This document shows, piece by piece, positions 26,496-39,397 of a DNA stretch of 64,000 nt. Source of the stretch: Octopus vulgaris (taxonomy: Eukaryota); NCBI GenBank assembly GCA_951406725.2, contig OX597814.1, forward strand, positions 129,332,001 through 129,396,000, given 5' to 3'. Each line of letters starts with the position of its first letter. Within the stretch, counting starts at the first letter, position 1. The position numbers were made by a program, and so were the translations under genes. The notes under the pieces are model-generated. The model had not been told where the DNA came from. It saw nothing but the letters and a program-made list of their open reading frames with translations, and searched no databases.

Positions 26496-28065
26496 ATTAT
26501 TTTATTGACTTACTTTCAGAACACAAGTACACAAATTAATTGATTCAAAATGTTCACAGAATTGTATAAAAATGAAAAGATAACTGGGTTTTATGTGAAT
26601 GCATATTTTTTACAAAACTAAAATTTGTCTTTAACATTGATTTTTAATAGCAATGTTGTATGTGTTTATATTTTCTTGTAATAACTGGAAACTCTAACAA
26701 AATTCACTGAGTGGTTGTTGTCTTTTCATTTAGCTTTTCTCTTATCATATATCTCTGAAGAAATGATTATAAATGTTTGTTTACCTGTTAATTTACTATA
26801 CAAGCATGATGAACAAAATGAGGAAATTTCACCTGACCTCATCATCATTCTTTATTCATATTCATCATTCAGCTCATTCCCATTAGCCCTACTGCCACCA
26901 TCATTACCACCACCCACCACTACCATCGTTAGCATCAGACATAACAACACTCATTAGTTAAAACAATGGTTTATCATCATCATCATCATCATCGTTTAAC
27001 TTCCACTTTCCATGCTAGCATGGGTTGGACGATTTGACTGAGGTCTGGTGAACCAGATGGCTGCACCAGGCTTCAATCTTGATCTGGCAGAGTTTCTACA
27101 GCTGGATGCCCTTCCTAACGCCAACCACTCCAAGAGTGTAGTGGGTGCTTTTACATGCCACCGGCACAGGACCAGTCAGGTGGTACTGGCAACGATCTCA
27201 CTTGAATCTTTTACACATGCTACCGGCACAGATGCCAGTAAGGTGATGCTGGTAACAATCACGCTCGAATGGTGTCTTTTACATGCCACCGGCACGGAGG
27301 CCAGATAGCCACTCTGGGAACGATCACGCTCGGATGGTGCTCTTAATACCCTACTAGCACGGGGCTCGAGTGCCAGTAAGGCAACACTGTGTAGAATTAT
27401 TTTTAAATATATGTAGTTTTGGGAAAACATAGTTGGCCAGTGTCACTAATAATCAGTGAAACTTGCAAATGTGAATAGAATTGTTTAACTTTGTGGAAAA
27501 GTGAATTCTTATGTTTCAGAGAGAAAATAAAATACAATAAATATAACTTATCATGAGCCAGTGACAGAGTCTCTACATGGTCTCCTAACTTGCTAGAAAC
27601 AGCAGCTAAATCTTCCTCAAAGTGTACCCCATCTGACTTTAAAGAAAAAATAAAAACAGAAAGGATACATTGAATAACAGTTGTAAATATGCTGCTTGAA
27701 ATATAAATGGATTAGTCATGGCTGGAATGGCTTTCACCATAAGTTTGCTCATTTGGTGCTCACTTCAGACTAAACTACAAATTATATTTATGCATCTTAT
27801 TTGATGGTAGACAGATTATTATGCATCTTCTAATATATTGATTTTATAGAAATTTGTTTTGTAAATTGATCTATTCACAAGTATATTACTGGTATTATTT
27901 CAGTATGGTTTCAACACAGAAATAAAGAGATATATTAAACTTGACATTTAAAATACTTGATCCAGTTCTTTACATTTGTATCATATACTCTCAGTTCTTT
28001 GCCAATGATACTAAGAATAAACAAAATCAAATATAAATCACTTATTATGCTATAACTGTTTAAAG

Positions 28066-28724
28066 TAGTGGTTCTCAACCATCTTTTTACTTAGGGATTA
28101 TTTGATTCCTATTTTACTCAGGTGGACTCTCATAGCCGTTCCATGTTTAAAAAGTGTTATTATAGTACCCGCTGACTGGCTTTCATGTCAGTGGCATGTA
28201 AAATGCACCTACTGAATGTGGCCGATGCCTGTACCCACTGACTGGCCCCTGTGCCGGTGGCATGTAAAAAGCATCAACCAAATGTGGCCACTGCCAGTAC
28301 CCACTGACTGGCCCCCATGCCAATGCCATGTAAAAAGCACTATTCGAATGTGATTGATGCCAGGCCCGCCTGGCTGGCTCCTGTGCCAGTGCATGTAAAA
28401 AGCACCCACTACACCCTTGGAATGGTTGGCGTTAGGAAGGGCATCCAGCTGTAGAAACATTGCCAGATCAGTTTGGAATCTGGTGCAGCTGCTGGCTCTC
28501 CAGACCTCAGTCAAACCATCCAACCCATACCAGCATGGAAAACACGTTAAATGATGATGATGATAATGATAATGAATGAAATATTATTAGGAATTGTATT
28601 TAAAAAATTCTTAAAACCATTTAGTTTATTGTTGATATCTAAGCAATTTATTTTACATAAATTTTAACAACAAAATCATATACGAATCCCCAAGAGTCAA
28701 ATGGACCCTGGTTGAGAACCATTG
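28066..28724. mobile_element. hAT/Charlie-type MITE interrupted by an RTE-related SINE
   Basis: TIRs tagtggttctcaacc / ggttgagaaccattg; 8-bp TSD gtttaaag/gtctaaag; SINE at about 28165-28575. A related partial copy starts near 32668. Confidence 0.75.
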
Positions 28725-28924
28725 GTCTAAAGCTAACAGATTTGTCTGGGTTTTCATCTAATTTATAAGGATCCTATTTATAAAGAATGATATGAAAACA
28801 TTAGACAAAAAAGAAGAGAATGAGTTATCACTACTTAAAAAACACCTTGAACTAAATCCATCACTATTTGCATGAATTTCTAAATTGCTATTATATATGT
28901 ATATAAATATATATATATGTATAT

Positions 28925-29204
28925 AAATAAGGTACTCAGAAATCTGGTTTTACATTTACAGATTTTTATTAATATGTCACATGTTTTTATAAATCATATA
29001 TTAGTGCTTGCATCTACTCTAGTAGACTCTCCACATTTGAATCAGGAGATTCTGCTAGAGTAGCTGCAAGTGCTAATATATGATTTATAAAATCACGTGA
29101 CATATTAATAAAAATCTCTAAATATAAAACCATCCAGATTTCTGAGTACCTTATTTCTTCTAATATATAATACCTGTACATCACCTCCAAACCTTCTGAC
29201 GAAT

Positions 29205-29205
<1 letters not shown>
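28925..29205. mobile_element. About 230-bp near-perfect palindrome in TA-rich sequence, with a 3' extension ending in CTGACGA
   Basis: aaataaggtactcagaaatctgg... at 28925 pairs with ...ccagatttctgagtaccttattt at 29156; about 110-bp arms and a short loop. Confidence 0.8.
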
Positions 29206-29251
<46 letters not shown>

Positions 29252-29254
<3 letters not shown>

Positions 29255-29391
29255 TAATACCTCACCTTACAAGGACCTGCTTTATGAGACCCCAGGTTTA
29301 CAAGCTTTTACAAGTTTTATCTTCTGCTTATGAGTTTTCGCTTTATGAGTGTTCTCCAGGAATAAATTAACTCATATATCCAGGCGTTACC

Positions 29392-29392
<1 letters not shown>
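29252..29392. mobile_element. Small Tigger/pogo-like MITE inserted in (TA)n
   Basis: cagtaatacctc...aggcgttaccg degenerate TIRs, with (TA)n on both sides. Confidence 0.55.
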
Positions 29393-29432
<40 letters not shown>

Positions 29433-30145
29433 CTGTTTCTTATTTCATTGCTGTGTTAGTTGACTAACACATTGGCATTATTTTGTTTGGATTTTGGTTT
29501 TTAATAGAATATTTAAGTTGCACATATTAATTCAACTAATTCTAAGATGAGGTTTGGTTTATTGAAGTTACTTAAATTGGATGCAATCAGAAGCCAGTTC
29601 AATGATTAATTCTGTAAAATTGTACTGAAAAAATAACAAATTGTGAATAATTAACCAAAAATGTTTTTTTTAAATTTTAATGGATATATGCATATGTGTG
29701 TGTGTGTGTGTAAAAACTGGTGCTGGTGCAATGTAAAAAAAATCTCTGGTACTGGTGCCATATAAAAAGAAAGCACTGGTGCTTCAGAAAAAAGTACTGG
29801 TATTGGTGTCATGTAAAAAAGCACTGGTGCTGGTGCCACATATAAAGCACTCAATACACTCTGTAAAGTGGTTGGTGTTAGGAAGAGTACCCAGCTGTAG
29901 AAACTATGCCAGAAGAGAAGATGGTACCTCTTGCAGTTCCTGACAGTACCAGCTCCTGTCAAACCATCCAACCCATGCCAGCATGGAAAATGGACTTTAA
30001 AATGGTTATTAAATGAAGATGTATGTATATGTATGTGTGTGTGTGTGTGTGTGTGTAAACAATGGTACTGGTGCCATATAAAAAAAAGCACTGGTGCTGC
30101 AGAAATAAGTACTGGTGTTGGCGTCATCTTAAATGAAGATGTATA

Positions 30146-30193
<48 letters not shown>

Positions 30194-30350
30194 TATATAG
30201 AAAAGAAAAGAAACGGTTTTACCTTTAAATTACCTTCTACTGTATACCTTATAGCTAGGACTATACATAGTAACGTAATACACCAGGAGTGCCTACGGAT
30301 ACAGCTATCCCTTAGATGGTTGCATAGCCTAAAACTTATATTTTGCTTAG

Positions 30351-30388
<38 letters not shown>

Positions 30389-30510
30389 TTAACAAAACTA
30401 TGTATTGTGTGTGTGTGTATGTATATACACATGCACACATACGTGCATGTGTGTGTGTGTGTGCTTATATATGTTTGTATATACATGCCTGTGTCTTGTC
30501 ATATTTGCAG

Positions 30511-30685
30511 GTTGAGCGTGAAGATTATTCCCACAAGACTGCTACTCCCATTCCAAGTGTGGACAGTGCTTTGGAGTCTTGGGGAAGTTCTGGGTTGGAG
30601 AGTTTCAATCAGAATTCAAATATACATACCGTTCTTGTGACCAAAAATGGCAGCAGCAGTATAACCCACAGTCCAGATAAATCAG
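30511..30685 (+). CDS. GRIP1: GRIP-like gene internal exon
   Basis: atatttgcag acceptor and gtaag donor; encodes PIPSVDSALESWGSS, matching the recalled vertebrate GRIP1 motif PSVDSAVDSWDGS; phase 1 end joins 34181 (G+CC = Ala). Confidence 0.88.
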
Positions 30686-32878
30686 GTAAGAGACTTTTTT
30701 TTTACTCTTTTTACTCTTTTACTTGTTTCAGTCATTTGACTGCGGCCATGCTGGAGCACCGCCTTTAGTCGAGCAAATTGACCCCAGGACTTATTCTTTA
30801 GAAGCCTAGTACTTATTCTCTCGGACCATTTTGCTGAACTGCTAAGTTGCGGGAACATAAACACACCAGCATCGGTTGTCAAGCGATGTTGAGGGGACAG
30901 ACACATAAACATATACTAAGCACACACTCACACACACACATATATACATATATAGGACATATATCGGGCCGACCAAAACCTTGTGAGTGGATTTGGTAGA
31001 CGGATACTGAAAGAAGCCCATTGTATATATGCTACTCTCTTGACCCAGGACAGCACTTGATGTAGGCCTGTGTGTTGAGTCTGAGGCTGTGTAGGAAGAC
31101 GAATGGAGGTATAACATCACCATCACTAGTTATCACTCCAAACACCATGATGATGACTGGATGTTTGATTTTTATCACTCTTGGTACATATCCTCAGATT
31201 GACACCCAAACACTCTAAAATGTCCGTATATATATGTGTGTGTGCGTGTTAGTATGTATACATTTATGTACATGTATGTATGCCTGTGTGGGAACATGTG
31301 TGGATATGAATGTGTGTGTATTTGTGAGTGTCTATATCTATAGATATATAGATATATTTGTGTTATATGTATGCATGTATATGCCTGTATATATATCTGA
31401 TATTACACATGAATGTGTCGATTAGATATATGCTGTAGCACAAACTCATCTAGATACTTCTATCACTGAAAAAAAAATGCTTAATGAACACTGTTGTTGA
31501 TTGTGTATGTGTGTATGTATGTATGAAATTAATCGAATATAGTTATGCTGTACCACAAATTCATCTTAATAATTTTGTCATGGAAATAAAGAATTAATAA
31601 AACAATGTTTTTAATTGTTTATATGTTTTGTACATTTGCATATTCCAGCTTCATGCATATGATTGACCAAGCGGTTGCTTTAATATAGCTAATAATGTAA
31701 ATTCTATCCACACAAAGCACAGACTTTGCTTCCTACCATTATTGAGAACAACAGAATGTTTTTATAGACATGGGATGAGATGGTCAAGCATGAGCTTCAA
31801 ATGTTAGACCTCACAGAGCCAATGACGAAAGACCGAGACCTCTGGAGATATGCTGTGACTGCAAAGACCTGACAAATGAAGTGAGTTCATGGCTCGCAGG
31901 ACAGCCTGCTGTGCTTACCTTGGATCGTAGGGCGACCTGCTTTGCTTCAGGAGACCTATTGAGTCAAGTACATCAACATCGAAATAAAAATCAAATGGAA
32001 ATTGTAGTTGTGATACCTGTGCTGGTGGCATGTAAAAAAAGCACCATCCAAACATGGCCGATGTCAGCCCCGCCTTGACTGACATCTGTGCCGATGGCAT
32101 GTAAAAAGCACCAACTGATCTTGGCCGTTTGCCAGCCTCCTCTGGCCCCTAAGCTGGTGGCACGTAAAAAGCACCCACTATATTCACGGAGTGGTTGACA
32201 TTAGGAAGGGCATCCCCTGTAGAAACACTGCCAGATCAACCTGGAGCTTGGTGCAGCCTCCTGGCTTCCCAGAGCCCAGTCAAACTGTCCAACCCATGCT
32301 AGCATGGAAAATGAACGTTAAGCGATGATGGTGAAACCTTCACAGCTAAGGATTTCATAAAAATAACTAGATTTATCTACAATATAGACATGTTTTAGGT
32401 TTAAGAATATTGTTTTGGCAATAAATTAATACTTTCTATAACCACTACCACCTGTAGCTTCAATGTAGGTAGTTACTTCCATTATGACTGCTACCAGCCA
32501 ACAGCTAGCTACTTACCACTACCCCAACTATAACCTCTACAACCATTGCGGGCACAGTTTGGGGAATGACTGCTGTTACTATATTTGCACATTGCTACCA
32601 ACATCACTCACAGACATTACCAGTTTGTTGTTCACACAATGATCAACACGGCTGGTACTATATAGACCAGGGGTTCTGAACCATTTTTTATCAATGAACC
32701 TCTTTTGATTACTATTTTATTCTGAGGGACTCCCCATAGCCATTTGATATTTAAAAACTAGTTTTGTAGAATTTTCTGTCAAAATTCCTATTTTGTATTT
32801 CACACATTCACTTCTGTAGGTTGAACTATGTAAAATGTTAGAAAAAGGATCTAGCTGTTTTTTGCAATACAAACTAAT

Positions 32879-33195
32879 TATTTTTTTATTTATGCACCCT
32901 TTTCAAACCTAGCCAGGCTCATGGGCCCGGTTTCCCGGTTTCTTTGGTGTATGTGTTTCTCCCAGCTGGACAGGACGCCAGTCCATTGCAGCGTTACTCA
33001 AGAAACAGGAAGAGAGAGTGAGAGAAAGTTGGGGTGAAAGAATACAACAGGGGTCACCACCACCCCTTCGGAGCCACGAGGAGCTTTAGGTGTTTTCACT
33101 CAATAAACACACATAACGCCCGGTCTGGGAATCGAAACCATGATCCTCCGACCGCAAGTCCGCTGCCCTAACCACTGGGCCATTGCGCCTCCACA
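32879..33195 (-). mobile_element. tRNA-derived SINE family F with a 13-bp TSD
   Basis: TSD aatacaaactaat at 32866-32878 and 33196-33208; tRNA-like head on -; related copy at about 47090-47378. Confidence 0.85.
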
Positions 33196-33396
33196 AATAC
33201 AAACTAATACATACATATAAAGCAAAATTTTATTAGGGGCCCTAAATACTATTATAGATCCCCAGTTTATTATTTTGTTGCATGGACCCCCATTGAAGTT
33301 ATTGGTGGTAGTGATGGTTGTAGAAAGTATTAATTTATTGACAAAACAATATTCTTACACTTAAACCACAGGTATAGATTCACATTTACTGATTAT

Positions 33397-33440
33397 TTAC
33401 TTCTGATGATGGGCCTTTGTGCCTGAAATTAGTTTCAATT
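33397..33440 (+). ncRNA. Degenerate hammerhead ribozyme motif
   Basis: ACUU-CUGAUGA-U-GGGC-CUUUGU-GCCU-GAAA-UUAGUU-UC-AAUU: core and stem II are present, stems I and III are imperfect. Confidence 0.45.
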
Positions 33441-33523
33441 TTTTAAATAATGGAATTAATGAATTGTTATTTTGTAACATAGTTTGTGATTTATTTATTA
33501 AAAAGGAAAGAATTAAATTCTAG

Positions 33524-34138
33524 CAGCCTTACCTGGAATTTGCATCACCGGTCTGGAACCCCTATCTTATCCAGGATATTAATCATCTGGAAACCGTTCA
33601 GAGACGTGCAACCAAGAGAATACCCTCCATCAGGCATTTGCCATATTCTGAACGCCTTACTTCTCTGGGCATGGATACATTGAAACTCTGACGTCAGGCA
33701 ACTGACTTGGCAGACAATTATTAACCATCTTACTAACAATAACTCTGAGCACCTTTTCAAACTCCACCTGTCTAACACCCATGGACATGTTTACAAAGTC
33801 AGAAAACAGCACAGCTCCCATGACTTTCAGAAACATTTTTTCATGCTAAAAGTTGCTGAAGTATGGAACAAACTGCCGGCATCAGTTGTTAGTTATCAGA
33901 GCACTGCATCCTTCAAAACTTCCATGCTTCCTGAGATTCACCAACACTACACCTGATTTTCTCCCCTCCATGCACGCGCAAGCACATATCTGACTCATAC
34001 ACTGTTCACTTCCCAGACATTTGTACATTACTGCATATGCTTTATACGCCCTTTTGATAAGTTGTGGTGCACCTGAGCACTGTAAACAATATTTTCATCA
34101 TTATTATTATTATTATTATCATTATTATTATTATTATA
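33524..34138 (+). mobile_element. 5'-truncated CR1-group LINE 3' end with (TTA)n tail
   Basis: PYLEFASPVWNPYLIQDINHLETVQRRATKRIPSIRHLPYSERLTSLG...RKHFF is a typical CR1-group post-RT region; in-frame stop present. Confidence 0.85.
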
Positions 34139-34180
34139 TTTTAATGCATTCTTAACTTGGTGAATTTCTTTTGTTTGCAG

Positions 34181-34776
34181 CCACATTACCCGCTGATTTC
34201 CGCAGTTATCCAGATTCCATAGAGTCATCTTCAGAGGCAGATGGTAGCATGGAAGGCAACTCTACCCATCATCACTACACTGATGATGGATGGCAGGACA
34301 ATGAGAGCAACCAAAGTTACGAGGACAGCAGTGATAATGAGAAAGCTGATGAATGGTCAAGGACATGCGATGACCTTGAAAACACTGACACCTCAGAGAT
34401 GCTACGACAGATAGGAGCAAGTCTTAGGCAAAGGAGCGTTGCGAGTCTACATAAGATACGATCCCGTGAAGGGAGACGGAAACCAAAGAAAAGCAACTGC
34501 CACTGTGCCCAGGGCAACGATAACATCATAGCTTCATCTCTTACAAATACATGTACCGATTTAGTACCAGCAACATTTGATGAGCAGGTACAAACCATTT
34601 TTTCCCCTACCCCAATTGAACTTCACAAGTTTACGATCGCTAAAGAAAATGCCACAGAAGATTTCGGTTTCAGCTTATCAGAAGGAATGTACGAAAAGGG
34701 AGTTTATATCAGTGCCATTAGGCCTGGAAGTCTGGCAGAGAAGTCTGGTCTCTTGCAATATGACCGGATTCTTCAG
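34181..34776 (+). CDS. GRIP1: GRIP-like gene penultimate exon, N-terminal part of PDZ7
   Basis: ttgtttgcag acceptor and CAG|gtaag donor; encodes SPTPIELHKFTIAKENATEDFGFSLSEGMYEKGVYISAIRPGSLAEKSGLLQYDRILQ, resembling GRIP1 PDZ7 (SPTPVELHK...EDFGFS...EKGVY...YDRLLQ). Confidence 0.93.
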
Positions 34777-35207
34777 GTAAGACAATTCTTAAAATATTTC
34801 GTTCCATAAACATTATTTATTTAGACCCTTTGCTTCCTTTCAAGTATAAACCATCAATGACTTTTCTCTTCTGTTCTCAAACCTAGGCTCTCTTTACTGC
34901 TTCTCTCTAGTTGGCTTTTTTTTTTTTTTTGTTAGTTTTGCCTTCCAGCTAAGTTTATTATCATCATCATCATTATTATTGTTATTAAGGCAGCAAGCTA
35001 GCAGAATTATTAGCACACTGGATGAAATAAATGCTTAGCGGTATTTTGCCTGCCGCTACATTCTGAGTTCAAATTCCGCCAAAGTTGACTTTGCCTTTCA
35101 TCCTTTCAGAGTCGATAAATTAAGTACCAGTGAAACAGAGGGGTGAGGTGTCAATGTAATCGACTAGTCCCCTCCCAGAAATTTCAAGCCTTGTGCTTAT
35201 AGTAGAA

Positions 35208-35249
<42 letters not shown>

Positions 35250-35656
35250 TAGTGAGTTGGACTAAATTCTTAGCAGTTTTTTTTCTGACTCTTTACATTC
35301 TGAGTTCAAATTCCACCAAGGTTGACTTTGCTTTTCATCCTTTCGGGGTTGATGGTTGATAAAATAAGCACTAGTCAAATACTGGAGTTGATGTAACTGA
35401 TTAAGCCTGTCTCCCTAGAATTGTTGGCCTCATGTCAGAATTTGAGGTGTTATTATTATTATTATTATTGAGTGAGAGAGCAGTGCATGCCATCAAAGTG
35501 ACACTGGGGTACAAATATACGAAGCCCAGTATACCCATGGTCAACTGGTTATGGTCAAACAACTGACAAGCAAATCGGTGGTATTGAGTAGAATATTTGC
35601 TGTAGCCCATCTTTTATACCAAGACAAAACAATGTACATGATAACACTTCCAGTCA

Positions 35657-35703
<47 letters not shown>

Positions 35704-35707
35704 CATT

Positions 35708-35747
<40 letters not shown>

Positions 35748-35749
<2 letters not shown>

Positions 35750-36230
35750 GAGTGAGCGAGCAGAGCATGCCATCAAAGTGACACTGGGGTAAAATATACG
35801 AAGCCCAGTATACCCATCATGACTACCCGTCTGATAAGGGTACACCAGGCACATGCATCACAACCATATGTGCGCGATATGGTGATCTCATATCAAGATA
35901 AACAGCACATGACCTTGCAGGTGGAGCCCAGTTAGAATTTTCTTCAGATCGAGTAACCCATCCTGCTCAAATGGTCCCTGAATAAGGGTTGTTTAAGGAC
36001 GTTGAACGAAACACCCATGTTTCCAGAGGTGAATTATTCAAACCCCAAAGAATCCTTCTCAACACATGGCTATGATGCTCCCCCACTACTTCTGCTCGTG
36101 ATCAGAGATGCACATATCGTCAGCCACTAAGGGACATGCCCAACTGGTTAAGGTCAAACAACTGACAAGCAAATCTGTGGTATTGAGCAGAATATTTGCT
36201 GTAGCCCATCTTTTATACCAAGACAAAACA
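35748..36230. mobile_element. Interspersed repeat family D between (ATT)n tracts
   Basis: gagtgag...atgccatcaaagtgacactggggtaaaatatacgaagcccag; other copies at about 2225-2735 and an internally deleted one at about 35469-35658. Confidence 0.85.
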
Positions 36231-36531
36231 ATTATTATTATTATCATTATTATTATTATCATTATTATTATTCTTAAGGTGATGAGCTGGCAGAATCATT
36301 AGTATGCCTGACAAGATGCTTAGTGACATTTTTTCGGGCTTTACGTTTTGGGTTCAAATGCTGTTGTGGTCAGCTTTGCCTTTTATCCTTTTGGGAGTTG
36401 ATAAAATAAGTACCAGTTGAACACTGAGATTAATGTAATTGACTTACCCCTTCCCCTGAAATTGCTGGCCTAGTGCCAAAATTCGAAACCATTATTGTTA
36501 TTATAATTATTATATCTTTTTCTGATTTCAG

Positions 36532-36699
36532 GTGAATAATGTGAAAACTCGAGATTTTGATTGCCGCCTTGTAGTACCAGTTATTGCCGAGGCTGGCAGC
36601 TGTCTAGAGTTGGTTGTAAGCCGAAATCCTCTGGCAGATGCATCAAATGAAGGGAGAGCTTATATGTTAAATAATAAGAAACCTTTGAAATCTTTATGA
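36532..36699 (+). CDS. GRIP1: GRIP-like gene terminal coding exon, C-terminal part of PDZ7 and stop
   Basis: tctgatttcag acceptor, phase 0; [35 protein letters not shown]...KPLKSL* matches GRIP1 [35 protein letters not shown]. Not in the ORF track. Confidence 0.93.
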   Translation: MNNVKTRDFDCRLVVPVIAEAGSCLELVVSRNPLADASNEGRAYMLNNKKPLKSL

Positions 36700-37391
36700 A
36701 ATATAAGAAAGGACTAATTCTATACCAATTTTCAAGGTTTCAGTTTTCATGACCTCATTTTTTTAAAACATGAAATTCATTGAGCTTGCTATGAGATTTT
36801 TGGGATTAATCTGTGTGTCTCATACTTTGTACTCCAGGAATATACCGGAAACAATCTAATTTTCAAACCCAACAAAGAAAATGTTTTAGATTGCTAAGTA
36901 AATATGATGATACAAGCGTGTGCGTTGGATTAATCTACAGCATACTAAATATATTGTATCATTGCTAAGTAAAACATCTGTCAAAACGAGGAAGGGAATA
37001 TGTGAGATAATCTTACACATATGTTACTTAACAAACATCCCCAAGAGAGAACGAGAGAGAGAGAAGTGTGTGTATATCGTTGTTATTGTTGTTTGTTTTG
37101 TTTATTTTTTAAAATTTTATAAAAAAAAATTATTTATTCATCATTTGCCGTTTGGTGAACGTTTAAAGAACTGATTTTACAGGAATCAATTAAAGGAAGA
37201 AATGAAGAAAAGATTTTTTTTTTGTAAGAGCAGCAATTAAGACCAAGTACAACAATTAAGACCAAGTTAATTAACTCTGAAAGTAGCAATAGAAGAGACG
37301 GTGCTTACAAGCTAACGACTAAACCAAACTGCTACACTAGTTATCTTTTCAAATTCATGTGGGACATTACATGAGTGGGAAAATTGCTTAA

Positions 37392-37614
37392 CTCTTTTGG
37401 TACCAATCCAACTAAGACTGTCCTTGGTTCTTTGATATAAGCTTCCTGGTTTAAAGTGATATAAAAATTAAAACCTTTCATTAAAATGTCATGTTAATTT
37501 ATGTTCTGAACTCCTGCTTAATAATGACAAATTTATTTTAATAAATTCATCGTTATTTTCCAAATTAATTGAAACAAAGGCAATGTATTACAACAGAATA
37601 TGGTAGCAAAAGGG
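37392..37614. mobile_element. piggyBac-type MITE in the predicted GRIP 3'UTR
   Basis: TTAA-ctcttttggtacc...ggtagcaaaaggg-TTAA; diverged relative of 38822-39041 in opposite orientation. Confidence 0.7.
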
Positions 37615-38455
37615 TTAACTGATATATGTGTGTGTGTGTGTGCAAACTCCATCTTACACAGCTTGCTGATGAAGCAATGAAGCTGTCTGTGTCTCTCTCT
37701 CTCTCCATTGAACTGAATTTTAAATATAGATATGAAAAAAATTCCACAATACTCAGTCAACAAAATGATATTCAGTGGCAGAAAAGAAATAAAGAAGAGG
37801 CCATGGAACTGGACTCTTAAGAAACGGTTCCTATTGATAATTGATGGCCTTTCAAACATGTGTTACCAACACAAATTTGTAAAATTTGGACAATTAACCA
37901 AATGTATATTGCTGTGATTGTTTAGTTATCTGTATATTTCTGTGTGTGTGTGTGTGTGTTGTTTTTTTTTTCTTTGCAGGAATGGCCTTCATATTGTCAG
38001 TAAGTAACTAGAAAAAGAGTTCTGTGAAACATAACCAAAAAAAAAATCATAACTATTTGTCATAATTAAACAAAAACAAGCTTGCATTCTTACCGTCATC
38101 GATTCCTACAGTATATTATGTTTCTGCGACAAACTTTTTCATTCTTGCTGCCAGATTTGCTTTTCAGTTGTCCTCCTCATAACATTTGGGTCTGCCTTGA
38201 CCATGAATGATTAAAAACAACAAAAGAAAAAGAACAAAAAAAAATGACCATCCAGTATAAACGAAAAAAAAAAAGTTTCCAAAATTTTTTTCCCCAAAAG
38301 TTGTTTCATCATCATTTTGATTAATTTAAGTTGGGGATCATTTACAAACTCAAATAAATCTTTTTTGTAATGGAAAAATTTCATGCCATAATGTCTGTCC
38401 TCCACATTTCTTAAATTTGAATACTGGAAAATGTTTGATGTGACTTTGCTCACAA

Positions 38456-38461
38456 AATAAA
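38456..38461 (+). terminator. Candidate poly(A) signal of the GRIP-like gene (3'UTR about 1.8 kb)
   Basis: AATAAA followed about 35 nt later by GT/T-rich sequence (gtttgatgttccatcctttttggtatttctttttt). Other AATAAA hexamers exist upstream. Confidence 0.4.
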
Positions 38462-38821
38462 TATATATAAAAAAATAGATCAAAACTGTAATAGTTTGAT
38501 GTTCCATCCTTTTTGGTATTTCTTTTTTCCTATCTTTCATTCACATAAACATTGAAATATACATTGTTTTACTAATTTCGTTTTTAATTTCAGAAATCAA
38601 TGTTTTTTTTTATTTTTCTTTTATGGAAAGGCATCACGCATAACCAATTTAGGGATTCCAAGAGAGTGGAAGAAAAAGGGGGAGATAAATTACAACAGCT
38701 GGATTGTTGCAAATGGAAGAAACAGTGCATGAAGATGTTACCCTTAGACCATGGCCTTGGTCTCAATGTTTGTAAGCTTTGACTTAGTTAAAGGAACCCA
38801 AAGGCTAGGTTGTCATGTTAA

Positions 38822-39041
38822 CCCTTTTGTTACTGTATTTATTTTGAGATGCTCTGTGTTTCTTTCAATTACTTTAAATATAACAAAGAATTTAGTAAAA
38901 TAACTTAGTTATCATTTAGCTACTGTTAAGAACATAAATTGTGACTAAGGTTTGGTGGAAGATTTTAATTCAAAGCTTATGAAAACAAGACATTTGTACT
39001 CAGATCCAGAGCTGGTTTCAGCCGGGTTGGTAACAAAAGGG
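38822..39041. mobile_element. piggyBac-type MITE (TTAA target)
   Basis: TTAA-cccttttgttac...gtaacaaaaggg-TTAA; related inverted copies at 37392-37614 and about 54480-54694. Confidence 0.8.
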
Positions 39042-39354
39042 TTAAACTGGTTGATGGATTGTGTCAACTGCTCACAACTATGTATAGTTCACAGGTTTCA
39101 GTGGGCCCAGTTTCAATACCAACACTTAAGTTGCTTGACACAAAGGTACTTGCTGCAAAGTACCATACTGTTCTATTGATTTGGGAACCATGTCACTGTG
39201 AAAGAAACTTCTTAGCCACATCAATATAAGTCTCTTCAAACAAATACTTGAATGCATAAAGCTCTTAAATTTAAAATCCAGTACAGACAGAAGGAGTGAC
39301 ATAGGATGTCATGTATAGTGGTAGTAGACTTCCATTGCTCAACAATGAAGATAA

Positions 39355-39360
39355 ATAATG

Positions 39361-39397
<37 letters not shown>

